In this document: positions 21,701 to 29,500 of the stretch, in pieces
Layout of the letters: each line of letters starts with the position of its first letter
Position numbering within the stretch: the stretch's first letter is position 1
IMG/VR virus record: IMGVR_UViG_3300028844_002207
Span: 21,830-85,829 of that record
Source of the DNA: a virus
Direction: 5' to 3' (one strand)
Length of the DNA stretch: 64,000 bases
Notes under the pieces: model-generated
What the model saw: only the letters and a program-made list of their open reading frames with translations
The model's database searches: none
Told to the model about the DNA's origin: nothing
Program-made: the position numbers and the translations under genes

Positions 21701-24700
21701 TATAAGATCTGAAGTTAATAGTAGCTTAGAAGATAGTTTCAAAGACTTTAATGATGTAATTACATCTTTGAAAGCAAAAGATAATTTATCTACTCAAGTA
21801 TTACAAGGGTTGACTATTGCATCAGGTGTTTCAAGATCTGCTGTTGAATTATCACAACTTAAACTAAATCTTACTGATGATGCTGCATATAACTTAAAGC
21901 AAATATTTTTTAATAATTATATTAACTCTAAGTCAATAAATGATTTATTACTTGGTGACCAAGCTGTTTCTTTAAAAGATATGGTTGATAAGGTTAAAAG
22001 AGCCAAGCTACAAAATGCAGCATACTATAGTGCATATAGCCAAGTCACTGATCCAAGTAAAGGGATAACACATGCTAGTACTAACTTTGATTTGTATCCA
22101 TTCCAGGATCCAACAGCAAAGTCTGATTTTACAGGAAATGATATTGATTTAGCTGATGCACAAGTTTATATTACTTCTAAAGGTATACGCTATTCAACAT
22201 TTGCATTTGGAAGGTTAAGTCCTGCAATGGCAAGCATGTTAAATGATATTGATATGGGTCAAACCATTAATGCAGACAGAGCATGGGGATCTCAAAATGA
22301 CTCAATTAATTTAGCAAAAAAACAAGACTTTATAAACTCTAAGAAGTTTGTATACATGGATGGTAAGACAGCTTTAAAAATGTCTGTTACTGTATTAACT
22401 AAAGAGTATACATCTAATAGAAATAAAGAAACCGGTATATGGGAAGCCAAACCTAATATGCAGCAGCTTCATTATTTGCGTGAACAAATGGAAGCTAATG
22501 AAGAAGCAAATCAAAACTTTGCTATGGCGGCACCAGTTTCAGCAATAAAAATGTTGAAGCAAGGTATAAACCCACTTGAGTCAGGTGTATTTGATACAAC
22601 ACAAAATTTAACATCTATAAATTTAGATACTTCATATCTAGGTCTTCAGGTTGTTAACCCATCTAATAAGCTTATAGTAACTGATATGAATCAGATCAAA
22701 GAGCTTATAACTGGTGAACAAGATGGTTCTACAGAAATATTTATAGAAGGAAGCCCTGAACTTAAAACAGTTGGTGATGTCAGAGACGCATACAATAATG
22801 CAGTTGGACAAAGGGTAATCCTAAAGTATAAGAATAAAAGGAACTTAATATTTAGTTTTGACACAGCTCTTGATGAGTTTGAAATATCTAAACAAAAAGG
22901 TGCCATAACGCCTAACCTTGCTGCATTTTTATTAGAAGCACAAAAAGGATTGATGGCATCAGGAGCAGCATCAAACTTACTTGAATTTTTTGCTGTTGAA
23001 GATGGAGTTCAAAAGTATAATTTAAATAGTCCAATTACAGCTAAGAAGTTTGAACAAATGTTCTTAACATACTTCAGTAAAGGTACAATAAGAGAAAAGG
23101 TGCCTGGAACATCAGTTGCTTTATTATCTTCATTTGGTCATAAAATTTATAGACGTGTCTATGAAATGGAAAATGGTATGCCAAGTAGGTCTGAAGTAGT
23201 AAGAGAAAGTTCTTATGCTGGAGAAAGCCTAGAAGATATAAATAACCTTGTTGATGGTAAGCATGACGGAGTTCTTGTTCTAGATGTACTTAGAACTGGG
23301 GTGATGGAATATAAAAACAATGATGTTAAAAATGGTGAGCCAACAGGAGTAAGATATAGTGAAACTATTATGCCTCCTATGTCTAGAGATGTAATGGAAC
23401 TTATTCAAGAAAATAAGGATGCTCTTATACCAGATGTGATAGCCAAAATGTTTGGAGTACGTATACCTACACAAGATAAACACTCTGCTGTAAATATTAG
23501 AATTGTTGATTTTATGCCTGTGTATTATGGTTCTACAGCTATATTTCCTAAAGAACTTGTAGAAATATCAGGAGCAGATTTTGATATTGATAAGGTTTAT
23601 GCATTAATGAAAGAATACTACTTAGATAGTAATAAAAACTTTAAAGCTTACGGAGACGGGAATAGTTATTTTGAGTATGTGAAATACATGAACTTAAAAT
23701 CATCTGAACCAAATAACATATTTAGTACAGCATCTTCATTATATAAAGATAAAACACTTGCCATAAGAAGAGATAACGCTTTAAGTGCCGCAGAACAGAC
23801 TAGGGTTACTGATGATCAAGGTGTAAATAGGATTAATGAAGAAGCTCTTAGAGCAATGTTGATATTGGGTTTACCTGTTACTCAGGCACAATTCAAATCA
23901 TACGTTAAAAAACACGGGTCACCAAACGAAGCAGTATTAAACAATAATATTTTAGACTATAGATATACTCTAGCTGGTAATACTGGTGTAACTGGTGAAT
24001 CATTAAAGTCTATTGATCAAGATAACGGAGAACGCAAGTCAGATTTACCTGTAGCTTATCAAGCAGCTGACTTAAAAATGCTAGAAGAATTATTTAATGA
24101 GCTTTCTAACCTTGAGGGTGTGGAATTATTTGCAAGTAGAAAGGATTCTGATGTAGATATTGACACACTTCATGGTATGATAAAAGCTTTTGAAGCAAAT
24201 AAAGGTGCTGCAATTGGAGCTATTGTTAAGCCTAATTTAGCATTGAGTTTACTACGTGAGTATAATATTAAATTAGATAGACCTATTAAATTTAATGGTA
24301 ATACATATGATGGCTTTACTAAGGACAAAATAAACGGAGATAGAATACAAGATATTATTTCTACTCTAGTTACAATGGAGACTGATAATGCAAAAGAACG
24401 TTTAATAGCAAAATTTGGTCTTAATATAAAAGCTGTTGGGCTTGTTGGTAATATGGTATCTTTAGGGGTTCCTTTAAGAACGGCAATTCTTTTAATAAAT
24501 TCAGCTGAAGTAAGAGATCTTTATGATCAAGCATTAAACAAAGATGATCAATTTGATGCTGGCTTTAATAAATTATTAGCAAACCGTATAAACGCAGTAG
24601 CTGCATTAGCTCAAAAACAAAAAGAAAAGACCGGTAATAAAGCTCCATTTGTAAAACTAACTGATGAATTTTTAGAATCAGCAGTAGACAGTACAGAAGA

Positions 24701-26558
24701 TTTAACACCTAATGAAAGACTGCAAATATTATTTTTACTTGATAGATTTAATAAGGTTGCAGATTTTACAGTTAAGATAAATAAAATAACAAGTCTTACA
24801 CAAGGTTTACCAAGCTCTATACCAGAGATGAAAGATGATATTGAAACCATCACTTCTTTGTTTGATAAAGATGCACCTATGGATGTTAGACCTATATATG
24901 GAAAGAGTAGTAAGACTTGGCAAAGTAAGTACTTACAGATATTTGGTCAAATACATAATGATCTTTTACCTAACACTATTCTAACTATGAGTCAAGACTT
25001 CAATGATATTTTGAAGCCTACTTATAAAGAAATGAATACTGACTCTAAAGGGTTTGATAATAAAACAAAAAATGGTGTTGAACAAGACTTGTTATCTTAC
25101 TTAACAATAAAGTCATATCAACATCTTCTTAATAATAGTTCTGGTAATTCTTCTGTAGAGAATACTTTGCTCTATCCAAATGTTGTAGGTGTCACAAACT
25201 TATCATTGATAAAAACAATTGAGGACTTACAATTTAAAAGAGCCAAAGAAGGTGCAGAACCTAATTATTTCTTAGATAATTTTATAGGTACACAGTATGC
25301 TGGGACTGATGGTAATAATACAGGGTTAAATATTGTAAAGGCAGATACATGGAGAAGATTAAATAAAGCTAATAAAATTGATTTGCAAACATCATTTGCA
25401 AAACTATATGGTTCACTTGACACAAGGGCAGTAGCAGAAGATATTCTACACTACATGATGGTTAAAGATGGATTGCAACTTAAGTACGGAAGTCTTATGA
25501 GTGCAATGAGTCCTTTTATCATGAATAAATATCTTAAGAATGTTGGTGCTGTAGAGAGTGCACTTAAAGGACAAGTAGAATTTGAAAGTGTCTTTGGTAT
25601 ATCTAAGGAAGATGTAATGAAAGAATTTAAATATGGATACTTACAATCTAATATTGTTGGTCCATTGCTCCGCACGTATGAAGCTAGTAATTTAGATGAT
25701 GGTGTTAAATTTGATCCTATTTCTACACCTAATACACTTACTATTACAACTGAAAGTTTTGATCATGTGAATGCAAAAGAATTTGTAAGAGTCAAAACAG
25801 AAATACAAGGTAAAGATACTTATAAATTGTTTAGACTGCTTGCAAAAGATGACGCTAGCTCTAAAGTTACTGAATACTCTCAGGTCTCATCAATGGGATC
25901 TAACCAGCAGTTTGGTGGTGGGTTTGTTGGAGGACCAAGATTAACTTATGAGCAAGCAAGAAAAGTTGGAAGAGGGACTACACAAAATAGTTTACCTGAA
26001 GAAAGAGCAGCAGATCCAATTTTAGATACTGAACTTTCACCAGATGAATTTGCTCCACTTGTTGAGTATCCAGTTGACACTAATCAAGGTGCTATACAAG
26101 ACGTTAATGAAGTACTGAACTCTGAGTCAGCAATAGTAAATCAAACTACAGACTCTGTAACAGTTAAAGCGGATGTAGATGCACCAGAAACAAATATAGC
26201 TGACATGGCACAAATAATGGCTGAGTTGTCTAAGAACTCAGATAGTCTTATCTTTGATGAAACGGGTAATGCTATTATAGAAGACACCGATATGAGCATT
26301 CCGGAAGCCACTGAACTTGAGCAACAAGAACAAGAACAATTAGAACTTGATCTTTTTGCTTCAGAAGAAATTTCAGAAGCTTCAAGCTTAGTAGAATGGT
26401 GGGATGCAAATGTAGAAGGTAATAGTGTTGCTTTAGAAAAGCTTTCTGGAGAAAATATAAAAACACTTGACGATGCAATAGCTTTATATGGTGATTTATT
26501 TTCACAAACAGAACAAGGAGAACAAGATATAATTGAAAGACTTAAATGTCTTATATAA
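12708..26558 (+). CDS. Giant virion-packaged RNA polymerase polyprotein (crAss-like two-barrel vRNAP) with N-terminal hydrophobic segments and a zincin (HExxH) domain
   Basis: 4616 aa. GADFDIDK motif (DFDID at 23577-23591, aa 3624-3628), preceded by RIPTQ (23460-23474); DFDID is the catalytic motif of crAss-like vRNAPs such as phi14:2 gp66. HEAFH at 19119-19133, with downstream EFAEEYLA. Confidence 0.88.
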   Translation: MENESNKPLAQEIKNQERPAPSIIPEGQFRFEPIAEMFDSPEENFNDYLLSSDLAADDVSGVNEYKAEIDKYGIGAMASLGVAVPSFASDTYNPRSQDQPADNDFSLIQKALTLEKKPISETRMAPIFSGMRQGQFERYYNHPEFDKLGFSPYSNMENYYNANSTIWDDMTRMRGQWMSLAGTGLNSVYGSLFSGGDYLAPDFEAATEFEDTMGISSSTRGGGLAFFNNLAANSAYTFGILSSIAIEEIILAGASGLSGGALAAPAAVKTASNIGKGGKALYSFTKLFDRTRKILQKAKELETARDFYNAAVTGGKMTLNTLGKGFTPNTLKAFQNMKTAQNAGQNMTNLAKMGTGFGGFYRDLRAVNLAMAESKLESGMVYNKVMKQGLTDANNFSGGQGITDNRDVSAAANQAAFKTMLGNAPLIYASNWFVIGNAMGGFQRGIQRSLGATFQKGINKNIVNTAGKKVVNAAGEVIKSPFKYIGGGFKNTVAKVKAGGFKGLAGSGGIAMLDYFAANVAEGIQEIGQEAISAATVGYYTEILNNPAQGGEALKNQMILSAMGDQFSSQGAGVFLSGFLMGGLVSGPQKLFFQGVPSIYNYGLQEAGIGLASKSQKEAYTEYKTNRETMINKVVESYNKSWDSQAIDPSSLFDLNRLNFMVQKEAAENMRSALDMFNFVDNADRSKFQQYYTMFAGNGSQHFKDQLKGFLELSDVELAQAFPGVSNKDKKDGKLRERINNMLVGIDKMEESYNQNKDKFKNPFNKNKFNPKTQQREYIKEMLNEEAYEHVRYLYMFTNDGFTRALERADSIYNKLQSDPLFDKMSANDVTNLLDEKSIQNEIDMLNLEVIATEGATEGIGESNKTKREKIKRLKAIQKIISDPQNRFKNGTFKRNKLLKGKLRNEFRNYIRFMASSAGSFADEAKIDAALEQIVDYGALKGRARVYDKAIQYMQNPEKFSEIQQRQYEVNKEIYNQRAKITEEMLKQYVDIVEANELINQLGKLGVYPAIAQTEMFLKTGNAAFLTDFYDDNGKIQPEIHTVAFGQVQRLLTTYKETRADNTKEDDAPQTEEEIAIEETEETRSALDVLLEKAGIDIKIDVSTNSPLLVKALERAYKNYRAKQARLGLPILDSTAWMSSAEAVNIRNVVNAIKKVWASGKSEVGVEGTLEFNNPLGTDVIKEDVGLEEFLLDPEVLINNPVITSILNQSGVDMADVVEIADVKLKKGQALENTPQRKFYKGGVTADIYKISVVDNQTGEIVKMYKFLDKKGNELSDDIIEFLDTNFKSVQGVFLADQGKIAKNALDALNANLVDSSTTFDFDGVTGLTYGQVIYKDGVKYIVVQDPRFSKKYGANQKLKVIKESDNTGPFAERKFLYIPQGEFKGRFTLEETTFNLIPDTVTKIQTNDLTTLYPHVNYTEGGSSSDNAKARERYNAILSMLSPEEIAGLQLVVSLDSRGGTNTGSYTAKNREGKVYKEANPLIDRLVSKYVVGIRIANPALRETINAKLAEMGIEPSNSPEGVFAYLNNESFLIRDQRTGSPIDPRSMTAEQASNVILAKKGLNKEQKAEALEQVHRAFALNALVVQTFDNLNVGDEVVYFMADSKDIPFSINLNLKGGRVAYAKARERVYPLPMDALLYDTADEAGNLFIFDLKYDKETGERTYDFTTNLKGKERDALEDAIETQLKKQNQWDNLLDAGKGTDRYLAMVRLPNGTYAKVNLKPVEYTNTELEELYVDVVEAAKRIGAIKDSEKSMEEAAKYNQELSERLFLSSRPGNLIELNVGPDGSIFISLDNKGSKTSMNVGLKPEEVNAKDLSAKDVIQTLLTNYNTDPAVEKLSADLKNKNFRKSFAQGVAPQEIYDNSTTEVLPEVVQNQTIEVSAESDAIQLSRDIAYIPNATRSDEIELKSAMGRERPTAEEADESVSDMEDAEFEEMVDRVDSNNFGDYQKNLDHIVNAILRGIELSPREQELMKNDVFRQSVTYAVAVQGGPGALAIEKPTGKTKLETIKDELIALKEKLEEGLTTKKDKVKAIRGSKEYQDLLAKRKKLERGANKLVQATSETERVEDYNEFLDWASENLPDIIGVEDLIVLADNGVSNGYERVGAFVLNLDRIANGVDVSGIIYTSPLSPYKYHEAFHSIFRTVLTQEQINKYRSIAKAEVKAKYGSKYKSELQRFRNSAEQYQEMTDVELENEFAEEYLADEFEAFKKNPRSSKTNTEIKSFFTKLIEWIKGVFSKYSSVELLTLYENIDAGKFKNAPVQLNEFTQLEDSLGGSLSIANALVRYDTASKVVDAGEPSGELYVDSDVIDPLIRSMAGMFITRVNELSLTEKSYNPTEIYNELEADFMTMLDPEGEANKGFSGAKKLYLEQIDMAFINYPEDIKKEVFGLVNVISDMDQANQLKIENVEETSGVRSTSDFNKDAAEIGGFNSLSYKVRSYIATTTMVDTDFFGKTELTEGEPLIVPVKFLEAYTTILKSVSNESDPVVMLKRMYSYSRLNPQGKAVVDKLFNDTGLTIEALTSTEPFRDVKDGSLLISILKGFENYKVDYIFNERDSNGNLLIYTASERDDINAQLDEWAQAYITKKKLATANPNRVKDFLRLTKDMKEAMTSYPEDTSMVYQMSREFSQKMFDLIGIRLSPNYIAYSIAKSKTEEDLKNSPELKALADGYTEDGITNSLLDQLYDGLNKKADLFSTKEDGMASRLTKLSLSNAAFDESIGSSTFINPNGDIVYAHQLPTYHLKSVAALNNKSKIDELSNDEFLSNNYLLKNEAFLNLSNTNRLKVIRVAGSKIKEQISNSAADQASEDILNESVSKNKSTQSFGEFTPQEFAIALINNYVSNFNRRTGKVETVIGQGAQEIAIAPVFLRVMEAANTGDLVPLPVIKAVTNVNGNVVLTPQAINVFIDSIEAEFDRISRETLAFETEPGNIEGFNNEKSDRADKGRAFKFTNNGLLLSETTKQALLKVVLDKAKLGETVSFKQAVSLAVGVTNSSIRSEVNSSLEDSFKDFNDVITSLKAKDNLSTQVLQGLTIASGVSRSAVELSQLKLNLTDDAAYNLKQIFFNNYINSKSINDLLLGDQAVSLKDMVDKVKRAKLQNAAYYSAYSQVTDPSKGITHASTNFDLYPFQDPTAKSDFTGNDIDLADAQVYITSKGIRYSTFAFGRLSPAMASMLNDIDMGQTINADRAWGSQNDSINLAKKQDFINSKKFVYMDGKTALKMSVTVLTKEYTSNRNKETGIWEAKPNMQQLHYLREQMEANEEANQNFAMAAPVSAIKMLKQGINPLESGVFDTTQNLTSINLDTSYLGLQVVNPSNKLIVTDMNQIKELITGEQDGSTEIFIEGSPELKTVGDVRDAYNNAVGQRVILKYKNKRNLIFSFDTALDEFEISKQKGAITPNLAAFLLEAQKGLMASGAASNLLEFFAVEDGVQKYNLNSPITAKKFEQMFLTYFSKGTIREKVPGTSVALLSSFGHKIYRRVYEMENGMPSRSEVVRESSYAGESLEDINNLVDGKHDGVLVLDVLRTGVMEYKNNDVKNGEPTGVRYSETIMPPMSRDVMELIQENKDALIPDVIAKMFGVRIPTQDKHSAVNIRIVDFMPVYYGSTAIFPKELVEISGADFDIDKVYALMKEYYLDSNKNFKAYGDGNSYFEYVKYMNLKSSEPNNIFSTASSLYKDKTLAIRRDNALSAAEQTRVTDDQGVNRINEEALRAMLILGLPVTQAQFKSYVKKHGSPNEAVLNNNILDYRYTLAGNTGVTGESLKSIDQDNGERKSDLPVAYQAADLKMLEELFNELSNLEGVELFASRKDSDVDIDTLHGMIKAFEANKGAAIGAIVKPNLALSLLREYNIKLDRPIKFNGNTYDGFTKDKINGDRIQDIISTLVTMETDNAKERLIAKFGLNIKAVGLVGNMVSLGVPLRTAILLINSAEVRDLYDQALNKDDQFDAGFNKLLANRINAVAALAQKQKEKTGNKAPFVKLTDEFLESAVDSTEDLTPNERLQILFLLDRFNKVADFTVKINKITSLTQGLPSSIPEMKDDIETITSLFDKDAPMDVRPIYGKSSKTWQSKYLQIFGQIHNDLLPNTILTMSQDFNDILKPTYKEMNTDSKGFDNKTKNGVEQDLLSYLTIKSYQHLLNNSSGNSSVENTLLYPNVVGVTNLSLIKTIEDLQFKRAKEGAEPNYFLDNFIGTQYAGTDGNNTGLNIVKADTWRRLNKANKIDLQTSFAKLYGSLDTRAVAEDILHYMMVKDGLQLKYGSLMSAMSPFIMNKYLKNVGAVESALKGQVEFESVFGISKEDVMKEFKYGYLQSNIVGPLLRTYEASNLDDGVKFDPISTPNTLTITTESFDHVNAKEFVRVKTEIQGKDTYKLFRLLAKDDASSKVTEYSQVSSMGSNQQFGGGFVGGPRLTYEQARKVGRGTTQNSLPEERAADPILDTELSPDEFAPLVEYPVDTNQGAIQDVNEVLNSESAIVNQTTDSVTVKADVDAPETNIADMAQIMAELSKNSDSLIFDETGNAIIEDTDMSIPEATELEQQEQEQLELDLFASEEISEASSLVEWWDANVEGNSVALEKLSGENIKTLDDAIALYGDLFSQTEQGEQDIIERLKCLI

Positions 26559-26573
26559 TTAAAGAATAATCAA

Positions 26574-29500
26574 ATGGCTAAATGTTATAATAGAAATGAT
26601 CCGGGATACCAAGCATTAAAGGATGAATATGGTTCTGATATCAAAACGTCTAAAGTTATTAATGACTGGCAACGTGTTAATGATTCTGATGTGTTTCCTA
26701 GTGTTGCCCAAGCTCAGACAATGGTTAGGGATCAAAACATTGCATTTTCACTAAAGACTCAAGCTTTTGGTAAAAGTGTTCTTGACAATTTAAGAAGAGA
26801 AAGAATAGGAAGTAATTTAGCTGGTCAGTTTTTAATTAATAATTCTAATCCTAATACTCAATCATATGATGAAGCCTTTTTAGAAAGTAATCTAAAAAGA
26901 TTTTACAGGTATTTAGACATTAATAATATACCAAGAGAATCCTTCTCTGTAACAAGAACACCAAAGAGTTATAGAATAGAAGCTAATAATGATATATTTT
27001 CAGCCAGAGATATACTAGAAAAATCAAGGTCTTGGGATACTAACAGATCTAGAGCTGTAGTCATGCATCTTAAGAGAATGTTTCCGCAGGTACAAGTTAA
27101 AATGTTGTCTGTTGCTCAAGCTAAAGTAATGTATGAATCATTACCAAAAACTAAAACCAACAATGTTGCTTTCAATGAAGTAAATTCTTTTTATATGGAT
27201 GGTGTAGCTTATCTAATAAAAGGTAGAGTTACAGATGAAATAGCTATTGAAGAAATGCTGCATCCTTTTATAGATGCAATAAAGATGGATAATGAAGAAC
27301 TGTTTAATTCACTACTTGATGAAGCAGTTAAGAATTTTCCTGAGTTAACCGCACAAATTGAAGATGCTTACAATAGCAGTACAAGAAATTTCAGTGATAC
27401 TGAAAGAGATCTTGAAATTGTAACGCAAGCATTATCAAGACACTTCAAAAAAGAATATGAAACTACACCAACAAAAGGCTTCTTAGCAAAAGTTAAAGAG
27501 GTTATTGAATGGTTTAAAGGTGTAATAGAAAACTTAAACAAATACATTACTGGAAGAGAACTTCCGGTATCAGCTATTAAGCCAGGTACAACACTTAGTG
27601 ATGTAGCTAAATTACTTAATACAGAAGGTATACAGTTTAAATTAGAAAAAAGAGTAGATGGTAAACTTAGATATAGTTTATCTCCAGCTAAAGAAATACA
27701 AATTAAAGATGCATTAGAAAGAGCTAATGATACACAGAAGCCTATTATAATGCAGTTGTTTAATGTAGCACAGAGTGAGAACTCAGGTATAGTTGACTCT
27801 CTCTCAGCATCAGTAAAGGATGCAGCTGAAGGAGATTCTATTGTCACACTTAATAAAGAAGACCATACATATATAAACTCTAATGATTCTGAAAAAGTAT
27901 ATACATCAGTAACTACAGCAATAAAAGGAAAGCTTTCAAAAGATAAACAAATTGCCCATCAAATAAATTTAGACATTGGTAATGAAGTAGATACATTGTT
28001 AGATGGTGTTATTGCAAATCTTTCTTTTGAAGATTCATATGCTGCATTAGAAACAAATAATATATCTAAAGAGGCAGCCAAAGACACATATGATACTTTA
28101 GGTAGCATTATGGATAGTCTAAAAATGAAAGGAGCAATTGTTTTATCTCAAGTTGTTTTGTTTGATGAAGCATCTAAGATGGCAGGTACAGCAGATGTCT
28201 TTATTATAGATCAACATGGTAGAGTTAATATCATGGATCTTAAGACTACAAAGAATGAACTGAGTAAAGAGGTTCCACTTAATGATAAAAAAGGAAAACG
28301 TTTAGGAAATCAGTATAAAGAGAGATTCTATGCTTTAGAAAATGATAGTGTTTTAAAACAGCAAGGGTTATCTACTGAACTTTCTACAGAACAACAGCAT
28401 AATTTACAGGTAAATGTTTATAGAAGAATGGCAGAAAACATGGGGTACGAAGTATCTTATGATGAATGGGCAGCATCTACAATACATTTTAAAGTAGGTA
28501 TAGAAGGCACGGGAGTTGATCAAGTATTTGATGGTTCAATAAACTTTGATAGATGGGTTCCTCATCCAATAAGCCAAAACCTTAATTTAGTTGATGCACT
28601 TGTACCAGAAGCAATAACTTCTTATCAAAAAAGTAAGTTAGAACAAGAACAGGAAGGATCATATAATAAAATATGGAATGGTAAAGACCAAGTAGATGAA
28701 ACTACTGAAGCAGATAAAAATGCAGCAGAAAATTATGATGAATATAATGCAGCCGCAGGTTTATTAGATACATATCAAAAAGCTCTTATTGAAAAAAGAG
28801 ATATGATTCCTATGTTGAAGTCCAATATATATATGGAATCAACAAAAGAGAATGAGATTGATCAAATATCTAAAACAATAGCATATATAAATTTAGCTAT
28901 GGCTGGAGGTGTGAAAGGTCAATCCACAGCTTTATCTGAAGTACTATTAGATGCATTATCACAAGTAAAAGATTTTAGAAATTACATTGATGATCCTAAA
29001 AATATAAACTCCCCAGAGTATGTTTCTTATGTATTGAACTTTGATAAGTATATGAAGACATTTGAAGGTTTGTTTATACTTAATGATTTGAAAGGATTAA
29101 ACAAATCTCAAAAGAATCTAATCCTATCATTACAACAACAATTTAATTTACTTAGTGGTGCTGGTACTGACACAGGAGGAATAGTAGGTACTGCATTAAA
29201 AGATTATGTGAAAGAAATGGTTAGGTTGAAATCAAGCAATGATTTTGGAGGGAAGGACAGTTTGTTTACTGAAAAAGATCTAGAGCTTTTAATGGAAAAA
29301 GCTGCAGATATAAGTGATACAGAATATCAAACCAAGGATTTAGCTACTTCTCCTGACATCTTGTTGGCAACAATGGATAAGATAAGAAAAGCGCAAAATC
29401 AAAAATTACTTGATTTGGTTGCTCAAAGGGAAACAGTTATTAGAGCAGCAGGTCAAAAGCTTGCTAAACTATCACCTGAACTAAAACTTGATAAGCTTTA

